Assembly (NCBI GenBank): GCA_965227515.1
Contig: CBDDFZ010000001.1
Span: 288,001-352,000 of the forward strand
Direction of reading: 5' to 3'
Origin: Alphaproteobacteria bacterium
Lineage (GTDB): Bacteria; Pseudomonadota; Alphaproteobacteria; CALKHQ01
Length of the DNA stretch: 64,000 bases
In this document: positions 39,079 through 47,656 of the stretch, in pieces
Layout of the letters: each line of letters starts with the position of its first letter
How positions within the stretch are numbered: position 1 is the stretch's first letter
Made by a program: the position numbers and the translations under genes
Notes under the pieces: generated by a model
What the model was told of the DNA's origin: nothing
What the model saw: the letters and a program-made list of their open reading frames with translations, nothing else
Databases searched by the model: none

Positions 39079-39969
39079 ATGACCGTCTTCTTGCGCATGA
39101 TGCGTTCGACCCTCGCCATGCCGGTGCTAGCCACCGGCATGGCGGTGGGTGCGACGCAGGCCGGGCCCGCCTGGGCCGAGTCGCCGCTGGCGGTCCGCGA
39201 CTCGTTCTGCGGCATCCGCCGCGAACTGGTGCCCACCTCCGTCGACCCCCAGCTTCACTTCTTCGGGCACGACGACCGGTCGCTGGTCGACAGCAGCCAG
39301 TTGCCATGGCGCGCCGTCGGCCTCGTCGTCTCTTCGGCCACCACCCAGTGCAGCGGCGTGCTGATCGACGATGACGTCCTGCTGACCGCCGCCCATTGCG
39401 TGACCGACGCCAACGGCCGGCCGGTGCCGAGCAACAACATCCAGTTCTATGCCGGCGTGCGCGACCGCACCTATCAGGCCACCGCCGCCGTGGTCGACAT
39501 CGTGGTGCCCGGAGCCTACCGGGGCCGCGAGGGCGACATGGCCCATGACTGGGCGCTGTTGGAACTGGCCACGCCGATCGGCGCTGAGATCGGCTACATC
39601 GAGATCTGGCGGCCGGATTCCGTCGCCGTCCTCGGCACCGGCGGCTCCAACGGCCAGCAGGTCGCCCAGGCAGGCTACAGCATCGACCTGCCGTTCTCGC
39701 TCAGCGCGCACCGCGGCTGCTCCATTGGCAACGTGTTCGCCAACGGCACCTTCGCCCATGACTGCGACACCCTGCCGGGCGATAGCGGCTCGCCGCTGTT
39801 TCTCAGCCAGGACGGCCGCGAGTACGTGGTCGCCATCGACGTGGCGGCGGAGTGCGACACCGACGGCCGGGTGGTGCGCAACATCGCGGTCGACGTGCGT
39901 GGCTTCTACGAGGCCTATCGCAGCCTCGCCGGCCGCCCCACCGCCCGGGTGATTCGGCTGGGCGAATGA
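39079..39969 (+). CDS. Secreted trypsin-like (V8/Glu-endopeptidase-like) serine protease, paralog 1
   Basis: Signal peptide, CSGVLI, TAAHC, DWAL, CDTLPGDSGSP triad. Confidence 0.9.
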   Translation: MTVFLRMMRSTLAMPVLATGMAVGATQAGPAWAESPLAVRDSFCGIRRELVPTSVDPQLHFFGHDDRSLVDSSQLPWRAVGLVVSSATTQCSGVLIDDDVLLTAAHCVTDANGRPVPSNNIQFYAGVRDRTYQATAAVVDIVVPGAYRGREGDMAHDWALLELATPIGAEIGYIEIWRPDSVAVLGTGGSNGQQVAQAGYSIDLPFSLSAHRGCSIGNVFANGTFAHDCDTLPGDSGSPLFLSQDGREYVVAIDVAAECDTDGRVVRNIAVDVRGFYEAYRSLAGRPTARVIRLGE

Positions 39970-40002
39970 AGCGATGGTTAGAGTCAGCGATGGTTAGAGT
40001 CA
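39970..40002. repeat. Perfect 16-bp tandem duplication
   Basis: (AGCGATGGTTAGAGTC)2A between the two protease genes. Confidence 0.9.
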
Positions 40003-40144
40003 TGGAGGCCGATCCATGTTAATGACGGGCCGGCGCCGATAACGCCAATATGATCGCTTGAGTCCGCGACAGCGGCGCTCGGTCGCGCTATCTGCTCGCG
40101 CAATTGTTGCCTGGTCGAACTGCGTGCCGCCCCCGGACCCCGCC

Positions 40145-40951
40145 ATGCGTGTTGCCATTCTTGTTGTGCGCTGCCGAGTGTGGCTTGCGGCCGGGCTGCT
40201 GGCGCTCTGGCCGGGCGGCGCCTGGGCGCAGGAGTTGCGCCAGTTCTTCGGCGCAGACGACCGCATGTTCGTGGACGCCAGCGCCTATCCGTGGCGCGCC
40301 ATCGGGCAGGTGCGCATGCAAAGCGGCGCCACATGCACCGGTGTGCTGGTCGAAACCAACCTGGTGCTGACCGCCGCCCACTGCTTCTTCGACGACAACG
40401 ACCCCGAACGGCGCGACGAGGCGGTCAGCTTCGTCGCCGGGCTCGATGGCAACAGCTATGTGGCGCTGGCCAGCATCGGGTCGGTCTTCCTGGCGCCTGA
40501 ATTCAACAACCTGACGTTCTCGCGCAGCCCCAATGCCGACGGGCTGGACTGGGCGTTCGCCATGCTGGACGACGACATCGGTACCGAGATCGGCTTCATC
40601 CGGGTGCTGCGGCTGAGCGAGGGCGAGCTGCACGCGGTGGCCGACGGGGGCTGGCTGACCGTCATCCAGTCCGGCTACGGCTACGACCATCCGCGCCAGC
40701 AGATGGCGCACATCGGCTGCCGCATCGTGCGCATCTACGACGACAACACCATCCACCACGAGTGCGATACCGTGGTCGGCAACTCCGGCTCGCCGCTGTT
40801 CGTGAAGCTCGGCGACGAGTACTTCGTCATCGCCATCGACTCCAAGCAGTACTTCAACCTGGACGGGCCCTACGATTTCAACACCGCGGTCGACGCGCGC
40901 GGCATCTATCCGCACTACTACGTGATGACGCAGGTGTTCGGCGCGGATTAG
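40145..40951 (+). CDS. Secreted trypsin-like serine protease, paralog 2
   Basis: Signal peptide. FFG.DDR..VD....PWRA shared with paralog 1. TAAHC, DWAF, GNSGSP. Confidence 0.9.
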   Translation: MRVAILVVRCRVWLAAGLLALWPGGAWAQELRQFFGADDRMFVDASAYPWRAIGQVRMQSGATCTGVLVETNLVLTAAHCFFDDNDPERRDEAVSFVAGLDGNSYVALASIGSVFLAPEFNNLTFSRSPNADGLDWAFAMLDDDIGTEIGFIRVLRLSEGELHAVADGGWLTVIQSGYGYDHPRQQMAHIGCRIVRIYDDNTIHHECDTVVGNSGSPLFVKLGDEYFVIAIDSKQYFNLDGPYDFNTAVDARGIYPHYYVMTQVFGAD

Positions 40952-41050
40952 GGGACTTTTGGGTCCGAGTTGGCGCAGGCAGGGCGATCTGGTCTAATTC
41001 GTGCCGCCACGCGACAGCCCGCCGCCACAACACTTCGCTGAGAGCGCGTC

Positions 41051-42733
41051 ATGCCGAACCCCGCCACCCCCGCCGCCGACAGCGGCTATCGCCTGCGCAA
41101 CGAGCGCCAGTTCATCGACGATGAGGGCCTGCGCTCGCCCCTGGCGCGCACGGTTGCGGGCAACAGGTCGGGCGAAGACGCATCGGTGCTGCTGGACGAC
41201 GCGCAGATCGCGCATCTCCTGGCCAATGGCTACCTGACCCTGACGCCCCGCCTGCCGGCCGCGTTCCACGCCAACGTATTCGCGCGCTTCCTGGAGATCG
41301 CCGGGCGCGACAGCGACAGCGACACCGGCAACAACATCCTGCCGCTGGTGCCGGAGGTGCATTGTCTGTGGGAGGACCCGGTGGTGCGCGGCGCGCTCGA
41401 CAGCGTGCTCGGCCCCGACAATTGGTTCCTACACCCGCACCGCGCCTTGCACTCCAACCCGCCCGGCACGGCGCCGCAGGTTTTCCACCACGACACCTAC
41501 TGGGGCTATAAGCGCAAGGTGCACAACCACCACCCCTGGTGGGTGATGATCATGTACTACCCGCAGGCGATCTATCCCGAGATCGGGCCAACCGGCGTGG
41601 TGCCAGGCACCCACACCATCGCCCAGCGGCTGGACGACATCGACCAGATCGAGGTGCCCGGCGAAGGCGCCGGCGGCACCTGCATGCTGATCCACTTCGA
41701 CCTGTGGCATCGCAAGATGGAGAACTTCACCGACCTCGACCGCTACATGCTGAAGTGCCAGTTCGTCCGCCTGCGCCCGCCGGAAGCCCCGACCTGGAAC
41801 AACAGCAGCCATGACTGGCAGGCGCCGCGCAGCCAGCCGGCCTATGCGATGGAGCCGGTCTGGCGGGAACACTGGGCATGGCTGAGCGGCCGCGCCGGCA
41901 CCCACGCGCCCTCACCGGAGGCGACCGGCGACCTCGACGTCGGCGAACTGCGCCGGGGGCTGGCCGACACGGACCCGGCGCGGCGGCGCGAAGCCATTGC
42001 CGACATCGCCCGGCAGGGTGCGGCGGGCACGCCACTCATTCCCGATCTGGCCGATTTGCTGAACGATCCGTCGGAGCCGGTCGGCCTGTCGGCGGCCTAT
42101 GCGCTCGGCGCGCTGGGCAAGGCCGCCGTGCCTGCACTCGTCGCAGCCATGCAGGCCAATGACGGCGAGAACGTCGACGATGCCCGCGTCTTCGTCGACG
42201 AGGGGCAGAAGAGCGAACTGGAGATGCAGGCCCGCAATGCGGCCCACGGTCTCGTCGCGGTCGGCAGGGACGCAGCACCCGCGCTGATCGACGCCTACAA
42301 GGGCGCGCGGCCCCGGCTGCGCAAGTACATCGCCTTCGCGCTCGGCGAGATCCGTGACGACAGCGCCGCCGCCCGCAGCGTGCTGATCCGGGCGGCCACG
42401 GACGCCGACGACAATGTGCGCATGAACGCCGTCGAGGCGCTGGGGCTGCAAGACGCCTCGCCCGGGATCATCGCGGCACTGGCAACGTCACTGACGGACG
42501 AGGTCGACGAGGTGCGGTTCAACGCGGCGCTGGCGCTGGCACGTCACGGTCCGGCCGCGGAACCCGCCACCGACGCCCTGCTGGCGGCTCTGGACGACGG
42601 CAACCGCTACGTGCCCGGTTACGCCATCGAGGCGTTGGAGCGGATCGGCACCCCGCGCGCGACCCAGGCGCTGCTAACGCATCTGAAGGGCGCGCGCTGG
42701 TGCCCGCTGACCAGCAACAACAGTTTGTTCTGA
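41051..42733 (+). CDS. PhyH-like Fe(II)/2OG dioxygenase fused to HEAT repeats
   Basis: Facial-triad candidates FHHD and LWH, GPTGVVPGTH. The C-terminal half has repeated A..ALG...A.PAL...L.D....VR HEAT units. Confidence 0.85.
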   Translation: MPNPATPAADSGYRLRNERQFIDDEGLRSPLARTVAGNRSGEDASVLLDDAQIAHLLANGYLTLTPRLPAAFHANVFARFLEIAGRDSDSDTGNNILPLVPEVHCLWEDPVVRGALDSVLGPDNWFLHPHRALHSNPPGTAPQVFHHDTYWGYKRKVHNHHPWWVMIMYYPQAIYPEIGPTGVVPGTHTIAQRLDDIDQIEVPGEGAGGTCMLIHFDLWHRKMENFTDLDRYMLKCQFVRLRPPEAPTWNNSSHDWQAPRSQPAYAMEPVWREHWAWLSGRAGTHAPSPEATGDLDVGELRRGLADTDPARRREAIADIARQGAAGTPLIPDLADLLNDPSEPVGLSAAYALGALGKAAVPALVAAMQANDGENVDDARVFVDEGQKSELEMQARNAAHGLVAVGRDAAPALIDAYKGARPRLRKYIAFALGEIRDDSAAARSVLIRAATDADDNVRMNAVEALGLQDASPGIIAALATSLTDEVDEVRFNAALALARHGPAAEPATDALLAALDDGNRYVPGYAIEALERIGTPRATQALLTHLKGARWCPLTSNNSLF

Positions 42734-42759
42734 GTCGCGCTCCCCGCAACCAAAGATTA

Positions 42760-42935
42760 TGTCGTCCTCGGCCTTGTGCCGAGGACCCATTCATGAGCGA
42801 GACACAAGCCCCCCTCATGTAGTCGGCTCCTGTGGGGCAGCGTCAGCCGGACGACCGCCACAACGACGGAGCACAATCTCAACCTGTTGATTCCTTGGCC
42901 ATAAATGGATCCTCGGGACAAGCCCGAGGATGACA
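42760..42935. repeat. Family-B REP doublet (176 bp)
   Basis: TGTCGTCCTCGGCCTTGTGCCGAGGACCCAT ... ATGGATCCTCGGGACAAGCCCGAGGATGACA. Confidence 0.88.
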
Positions 42936-42956
42936 ATTTGGGAATATGAGGGGTGT

Positions 42957-43769
42957 TCAACTCCCCAGAACGGTGGCCAGTCCGGTTTCGTCCAGTTCCT
43001 CGGGCGTGAAGAAATACATCTCGTTCCATGGGGTGGCGAGCGCCGGGCGCCACGCATCGGGGTCGACGCCCAGATCCTCCAGGTGCTGCATGCAGGCCGC
43101 GGCGAGCTGCTGGCCACGCCGCAGCCCTTCCACCGTGTCGCCGACGCCCTGCTGGGTGATGTAGACGCGGTGGACGCCGATCCAGCTCGTCGCGTCCGCC
43201 CGCCGCGCGACCCCGCCGGCAAACGCCAGCGGGCAGGCCGAGGCACAGAGCCCGTCCGGCTCGACCAGCGTGTCCAAGCCGCGCTCGCGGATGTAATTGC
43301 CCATCGCCATCGCCTCCACCAGCACACCGCCGGGGCTGTCCAGCAGCACTTGCTCGGCCGTTTCGCCGTGGCGCTCGTCGAAGGCGATCAACAGGTCGAG
43401 CGTCCCTGAGACCATGCGGCCGCGCGCGACGATGGTGGGCCGGCCGCCGACCTCTTCCAGGGCGAAGGTCATCGCAGCACCCTCGATATCGTTCTCGGAT
43501 GGCGCACGCTCCGGCTCGCCCGGGTGCAGTTCCGGCACGTAGCGGCGCACCTGGTCGCCAGGCACCGGTGGCGGCCCGTCGCCGGGATGGGTGTAGCCGG
43601 GCGGGGTGCGGATGGTCGGCGGCAGCGGGTCGTTGCGGTCGGTCAGCTCGCCGGAGCGGCCGACCGCCTGGGCCATGTCGAAGCCGACCAGCCCCAGGCT
43701 GACGGCAACGGTGCCGGCGGCAATCGCGACGATGGGCGTCGTCTGCCGCAAGCGCGCGAACAGTGCCAT
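42957..43769 (-). CDS. COG3904-like periplasmic protein (ClpP/crotonase-like fold)
   Basis: N-terminal anchor, LDSPGG..EAM..G..IR, CASACPLAFAGG, IGVH. Confidence 0.8.
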   Translation of the reverse strand: MALFARLRQTTPIVAIAAGTVAVSLGLVGFDMAQAVGRSGELTDRNDPLPPTIRTPPGYTHPGDGPPPVPGDQVRRYVPELHPGEPERAPSENDIEGAAMTFALEEVGGRPTIVARGRMVSGTLDLLIAFDERHGETAEQVLLDSPGGVLVEAMAMGNYIRERGLDTLVEPDGLCASACPLAFAGGVARRADATSWIGVHRVYITQQGVGDTVEGLRRGQQLAAACMQHLEDLGVDPDAWRPALATPWNEMYFFTPEELDETGLATVLGS

Positions 43770-43773
43770 CGGC

Positions 43774-45150
43774 TCAGGCCCGCGACTTCGGGTGCTTGGC
43801 GCCGGTCGGCCCGATGGGCGTGACGGTGGATGTTGACGGGACGGGCGATGTTGACGGGACGGGCGATGACGGCGCGACCGGTGCCGGCGCAACCCCCCGC
43901 TCATGCTCGCCGCTTTCGACTTCGCCGTCGGTATCGTCCTTGTCGGGCGCCTTGCGATGGGCGGCACCTTGCAACGCGTTCAGCCGCTCCAGCGCCACCA
44001 GGGCCCGGTTCAGCTCGGCCACGGTGACGTTCTCGGAGACATCGTGGATGCCTTCCTGAGCGCGGATGACGCCATGGATCACCATCAGTATCAGCACCAG
44101 GACCGCCGGCATCATATCGATGGCGATGGCGCCGGCCCATGACGGCACGAACTCGCCGGCGTACATCAACACCGCCTCGGCGGCGCTGACCGGCTCGAAG
44201 CGAAACGGCGCCACATCGGGCCGGGCCAGCACATCGGCGGCGGCGGCCGACAGCGCGGCACTGGTGGTGCCGATGGCCTCCGCGACCGACTCCACCACCG
44301 CCTCCTGGCGCTGGCCGAGGTCGCTCTGGCCGCCGGAGGGCGCGGGACGCACGAAGGTGGTCGCGAAATCGTCGGCGGCGCGGCGCACGGCGGGCGCGAC
44401 CGAGCTTTGCTCCAGCGCGGTGATCACGCCGGTGAGCGCGATCGCCTCCTCGGCGAAGGCGACCGTGCGCTCGTCGATGGGGGCGCCGCTGATGCCCGTG
44501 GTCAGCCGGCGCATGGAGACCAGGTGCTGGCTGCCGCGCTCGAACAGCGCCGCCACCTCCGGCCGGCTCGCCCGGATCTGCTCGGCGAGGTCGGAGAGCT
44601 GGTCGGCGGTCTGGGTCAGCAGCGCCACCACGGTGCCGTGGCCCGACGTGCCGGTCAGCGCGCCACGGCTTTCCTCGCTGGCGGCCATGTCCTCGAAACG
44701 TGCTGCGGCCAACTCCAGGTCGGGCAGCAGGGTCTCGGCGGCCAGCGCATTCTCGTGTGCCTGCTCCAGCCGTTGCTGGTATTCCTCGGTGGCGGTGGCC
44801 AGGTGCTGCTCGACCGCGGCGGAACCCGCCAGCGCGGCCGCGTTCAGCCAGCTCGACATCGCAACGATGGCGACCGAGCCGGCGATCATGCTGGCGATAA
44901 GCCCGACCCGGCTGCTGGTCGACCGCATCGCGGGCAGGAAGCGGATCAGGTAGGCCCAGAAGGCGAAAATCGCCACCGACACGGCAACCGAATAGATGAA
45001 CGCCCCGCCCACCGACAGCACGCCGGTGTCGTCCAGCAGGCCGCGCACGCCCATGTAGGTCCAGTAGCCGCTGCCGGTGGCCAGAATGGCCAGCGCCGCC
45101 GTCGTGGTGGTGTCCAGCGCCTTCAAATTGCGCCTGAGATCGTGGCTCAT
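43774..45150 (-). CDS. Hypothetical membrane protein (3 TM, long helical/coiled-coil region, TM)
   Basis: Good codon usage, hydrophobic N-terminus, Ala/Glu-rich helices. Ends 4 bp before the COG3904-like gene. Confidence 0.8.
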   Translation of the reverse strand: MSHDLRRNLKALDTTTTAALAILATGSGYWTYMGVRGLLDDTGVLSVGGAFIYSVAVSVAIFAFWAYLIRFLPAMRSTSSRVGLIASMIAGSVAIVAMSSWLNAAALAGSAAVEQHLATATEEYQQRLEQAHENALAAETLLPDLELAAARFEDMAASEESRGALTGTSGHGTVVALLTQTADQLSDLAEQIRASRPEVAALFERGSQHLVSMRRLTTGISGAPIDERTVAFAEEAIALTGVITALEQSSVAPAVRRAADDFATTFVRPAPSGGQSDLGQRQEAVVESVAEAIGTTSAALSAAAADVLARPDVAPFRFEPVSAAEAVLMYAGEFVPSWAGAIAIDMMPAVLVLILMVIHGVIRAQEGIHDVSENVTVAELNRALVALERLNALQGAAHRKAPDKDDTDGEVESGEHERGVAPAPVAPSSPVPSTSPVPSTSTVTPIGPTGAKHPKSRA

Positions 45151-45209
45151 GATCGAATGGTCCCCGTCGCCGCGCCGGTCGCCGATGATGCGTGGCAGAA
45201 TGGTGCATC

Positions 45210-45336
45210 TAGAGCGTGATCGCTCAAGTCGGCACCGGCCCGTTCCCCCACCCGGCCACCCACGGCAGCATCCTGATTGGGCGGCCGGGTAGGGGAGTGG
45301 GCAGGCGCCGCTTCAGCGTAAGCTGGTCCGAATCTA
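45210..45336 (-). mobile_element. Family-A MITE copy 3
   Basis: TAGAGCGTGATC..AAGTCGGCACCGGCCC..CCCCCACCCGGCCACCCA...TTCAGCGTAAGCTG..ATCTA. Confidence 0.88.
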
Positions 45337-45392
45337 TGGTGGCGTTTGTGGCGGCAAGGTGGCGCGCCGGCCCGGCTGGCCACGCCGGAGCT

Positions 45393-45986
45393 TCACACGA
45401 GGATGTAGTTCACGATCAGGAATATGCTGGCGCCGGTGGCCATGTAGCCGAGCAACGCCAGCAACCCGTCCTCCGCCACCAGCGCAAGCGCGAAAGCCGT
45501 GATCGCGGCCGCCGGCGCCGCCGCGCCGAAAGGCACGATCTCCAGCGCCGGCAGCATGACCGCCAGCATCACGCAGGCCACCGCCACGCAATAGACGGCC
45601 GGTCCCTTGACGAAGTAGTGCATGCGCGGGCGCAAGAACCTGTCGATCCACTTGGCGGCCGGCTGGACCTTCTTCGCCGCCTTGGCCAGCTTTTTGGCAT
45701 CGACCGAGCGGTTGGAGATGAACCCGGGCAACCAGAAATGGTCCTTGCCGATCAGCAACTGAACCGCGAACAGCAGCACGATGACGCCGAACGCCGTGGG
45801 CACGCCTGGGATACCGCCCACCGGGGTCAGCACGATGACGCCGAAGACCAGCAGAAAAGGGCCGAACGAGCGTCGGCCTATCTCGTCCTGGATGTCGCCG
45901 ATGGAGACCTTGTCGTTGCGGTCGCTGACCGTCTGCAGGCTCTCCAGCACGTCCTCCAGGTCATGCAATCCCTCTCTGTCGGACAT
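45393..45986 (-). CDS. exoD: Exopolysaccharide synthesis ExoD-family membrane protein
   Basis: GRRSFGPFLL, TPVGGIPG, QLLIG...WLP, RPR, EDGL. Confidence 0.88.
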   Translation of the reverse strand: MSDREGLHDLEDVLESLQTVSDRNDKVSIGDIQDEIGRRSFGPFLLVFGVIVLTPVGGIPGVPTAFGVIVLLFAVQLLIGKDHFWLPGFISNRSVDAKKLAKAAKKVQPAAKWIDRFLRPRMHYFVKGPAVYCVAVACVMLAVMLPALEIVPFGAAAPAAAITAFALALVAEDGLLALLGYMATGASIFLIVNYILV

Positions 45987-46033
45987 CGTCAGTCGCTCAT
46001 GGCAAAACGGGTCACGGACCTAACAGGCTGCTA

Positions 46034-46058
46034 AACCGTTTCCGATTGCATTCGTTCC
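46034..46058 (-). promoter_or_regulatory. EcfG-type promoter for exoD
   Basis: Minus strand GGAAC-N17-GTT, about 50 bp upstream of the ATG. Confidence 0.55.
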
Positions 46059-46088
46059 CAGCGCGCAGGCCGCCGATACAACACGGGC

Positions 46089-46472
46089 TCAGGACGCCTC
46101 GACATACGCCTCGCACTCGATCTCGACGGTCAGGCGCGGATCGACCAGTGCCGACACCTCGACCAGCGTGGATGCCGGCCGGTGCTCGCCGAAGAAGCTG
46201 ATGCGCCGCGGGTTGATCGCCGCGCGGTCGCCGATATCGGTCAGGAACACCCGCACCTTGGTCACATGCTCAGGCCCGGCGCCGACGGCGGCCAGGCACT
46301 TCGCCATATCGTCCATCGCCAGGTCGAACTGGGCCACCGTACCGCCCGGCACGTTGCCGTCCGCATCCATGCCGACCAGGCCGGAGACCCACACCACGGG
46401 CCCGGCCCGGGTGACGTGGCAATAGTGGCTGACCGGGGCCATCACCCCCGGCACCATGACGCGCTCGATCAT
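46089..46472 (-). CDS. RidA/YjgF family protein
   Basis: PVSHY, VSG, VTKVRVFLTD, RPASTLVEVSAL..P...VEIECEA. Confidence 0.9.
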   Translation of the reverse strand: MIERVMVPGVMAPVSHYCHVTRAGPVVWVSGLVGMDADGNVPGGTVAQFDLAMDDMAKCLAAVGAGPEHVTKVRVFLTDIGDRAAINPRRISFFGEHRPASTLVEVSALVDPRLTVEIECEAYVEAS

Positions 46473-46530
46473 CGGCTTTGCCTCCCCTTTACATATGGGC
46501 ACGTTTATCCGGCTCGCCGGCAGCGCGGAC

Positions 46531-46610
46531 AAGAAAAAGCCGCCGGGCGGGTGCTCGGCGGCTAAAGTCACAGGGAGAATTCACGTCTTGGGAGACATGG
46601 AGGATCTGAC
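46531..46610 (-). ncRNA. Candidate suhB/MmgR-like small RNA (3' part with terminator)
   Basis: Minus strand CTCCCAAGACGTGAATTCTCCCTGTGACTTTAGCCGCCGAGCACCCGCCCGGCGGCTTTTT: an anti-SD core directly before an intrinsic terminator. 5' end unknown. Confidence 0.6.
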
Positions 46611-46813
46611 GATCCCGCGCGCCCCGGCACTCCAAGTGTGGGACTCGGCCCACCGGGACGTAACGAAATGGATACTCCGTTGGCGGGCGGGGTTGCACCA
46701 GACGCAACATTGCAGGCCGGCCATGCGCTCCACGCATAACTGAAACGCTTAGAATATCCTGGCTGTCAAGTTTTTTGACTGTGTGTCAACGTTTTCATTT
46801 TCGGTGCGGCTGG

Positions 46814-47575
46814 TCAGGTCTTCGAGATCGCATTGCCGCCATCGGCGAACAAGGCCGTGCCGGTAACGAAGCTGGCCTGGTCGGAGGCCAGGAACAGGGC
46901 GGCGCGCGCGATCTCCATCGGGTCGGCGATGCGCTTCAGGGCGTGCAGCGACCTGACGAACGCCATCGTCTCCGGATCGCTGCCGAACTCGCCGGCCATC
47001 GGCGTGTCGGTGCCGCCCGGCAGCAGTGCGTTGACCCGAATGCCCTGGCTGCCGTGCTCAACGGCCAGCGACCGTGCCAGCCCGACGAGCCCGGCCTTGG
47101 CGGCAGCATAGGCCGACATGCCCGGCATGCCCACCGCATGACCGACGAACGACGAGGTGAAGATCAGCGATCCGCCACCGCGCGCCAACATCGCCGGCAC
47201 CTGGTATTTCGCACCCAGAAACGCCGCCGTCAAATTGGTGTCGACCGTGTCGCGCCAATTGGTGAGGTCCATGTCGGCGACGGCGCCCATCCGGCCGAGG
47301 CTGCCGGCATTGTTGAAGGCGACGTCGAGACCGCCGAACCGCGAGGCCGCGAGGTCGACCAGCGCGTTGGCATAGGCTTCGTCGCGCACGTCCCCGGCGA
47401 GTGCGGCCGCCTCGCCACCGGCGTCCGCGATCTCGGCGACCAGCGTGTCAAGCTCGGCCTGCCGCCTGGCGCCGGTCACCACCCGCGCGCCCTCCTGCGC
47501 GAACAGCCGCGCCGCCGCGCGCCCGATACCGCTGCTGGCGCCCGTCACCAGGGCCACCTTGTCCTGAAGTTGCAT
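46814..47575 (-). CDS. Short-chain dehydrogenase/reductase
   Basis: TGASSGIG, NNAG, YAAAK, SFVTG. Confidence 0.93.
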   Translation of the reverse strand: MQLQDKVALVTGASSGIGRAAARLFAQEGARVVTGARRQAELDTLVAEIADAGGEAAALAGDVRDEAYANALVDLAASRFGGLDVAFNNAGSLGRMGAVADMDLTNWRDTVDTNLTAAFLGAKYQVPAMLARGGGSLIFTSSFVGHAVGMPGMSAYAAAKAGLVGLARSLAVEHGSQGIRVNALLPGGTDTPMAGEFGSDPETMAFVRSLHALKRIADPMEIARAALFLASDQASFVTGTALFADGGNAISKT

Positions 47576-47656
47576 GTCCGTCCTCCGCGTTGTCATGCGG
47601 AGGAACGAACCAGTTGGGACCGGCCGCAGCCACCCGGTTCTTGCGTTGTAGGGAGA

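Noticed and set aside
46776-46789. FNR/FixK box
   Set aside because: TTGAC-N5-GTCAA has the wrong spacing (N4 is required).
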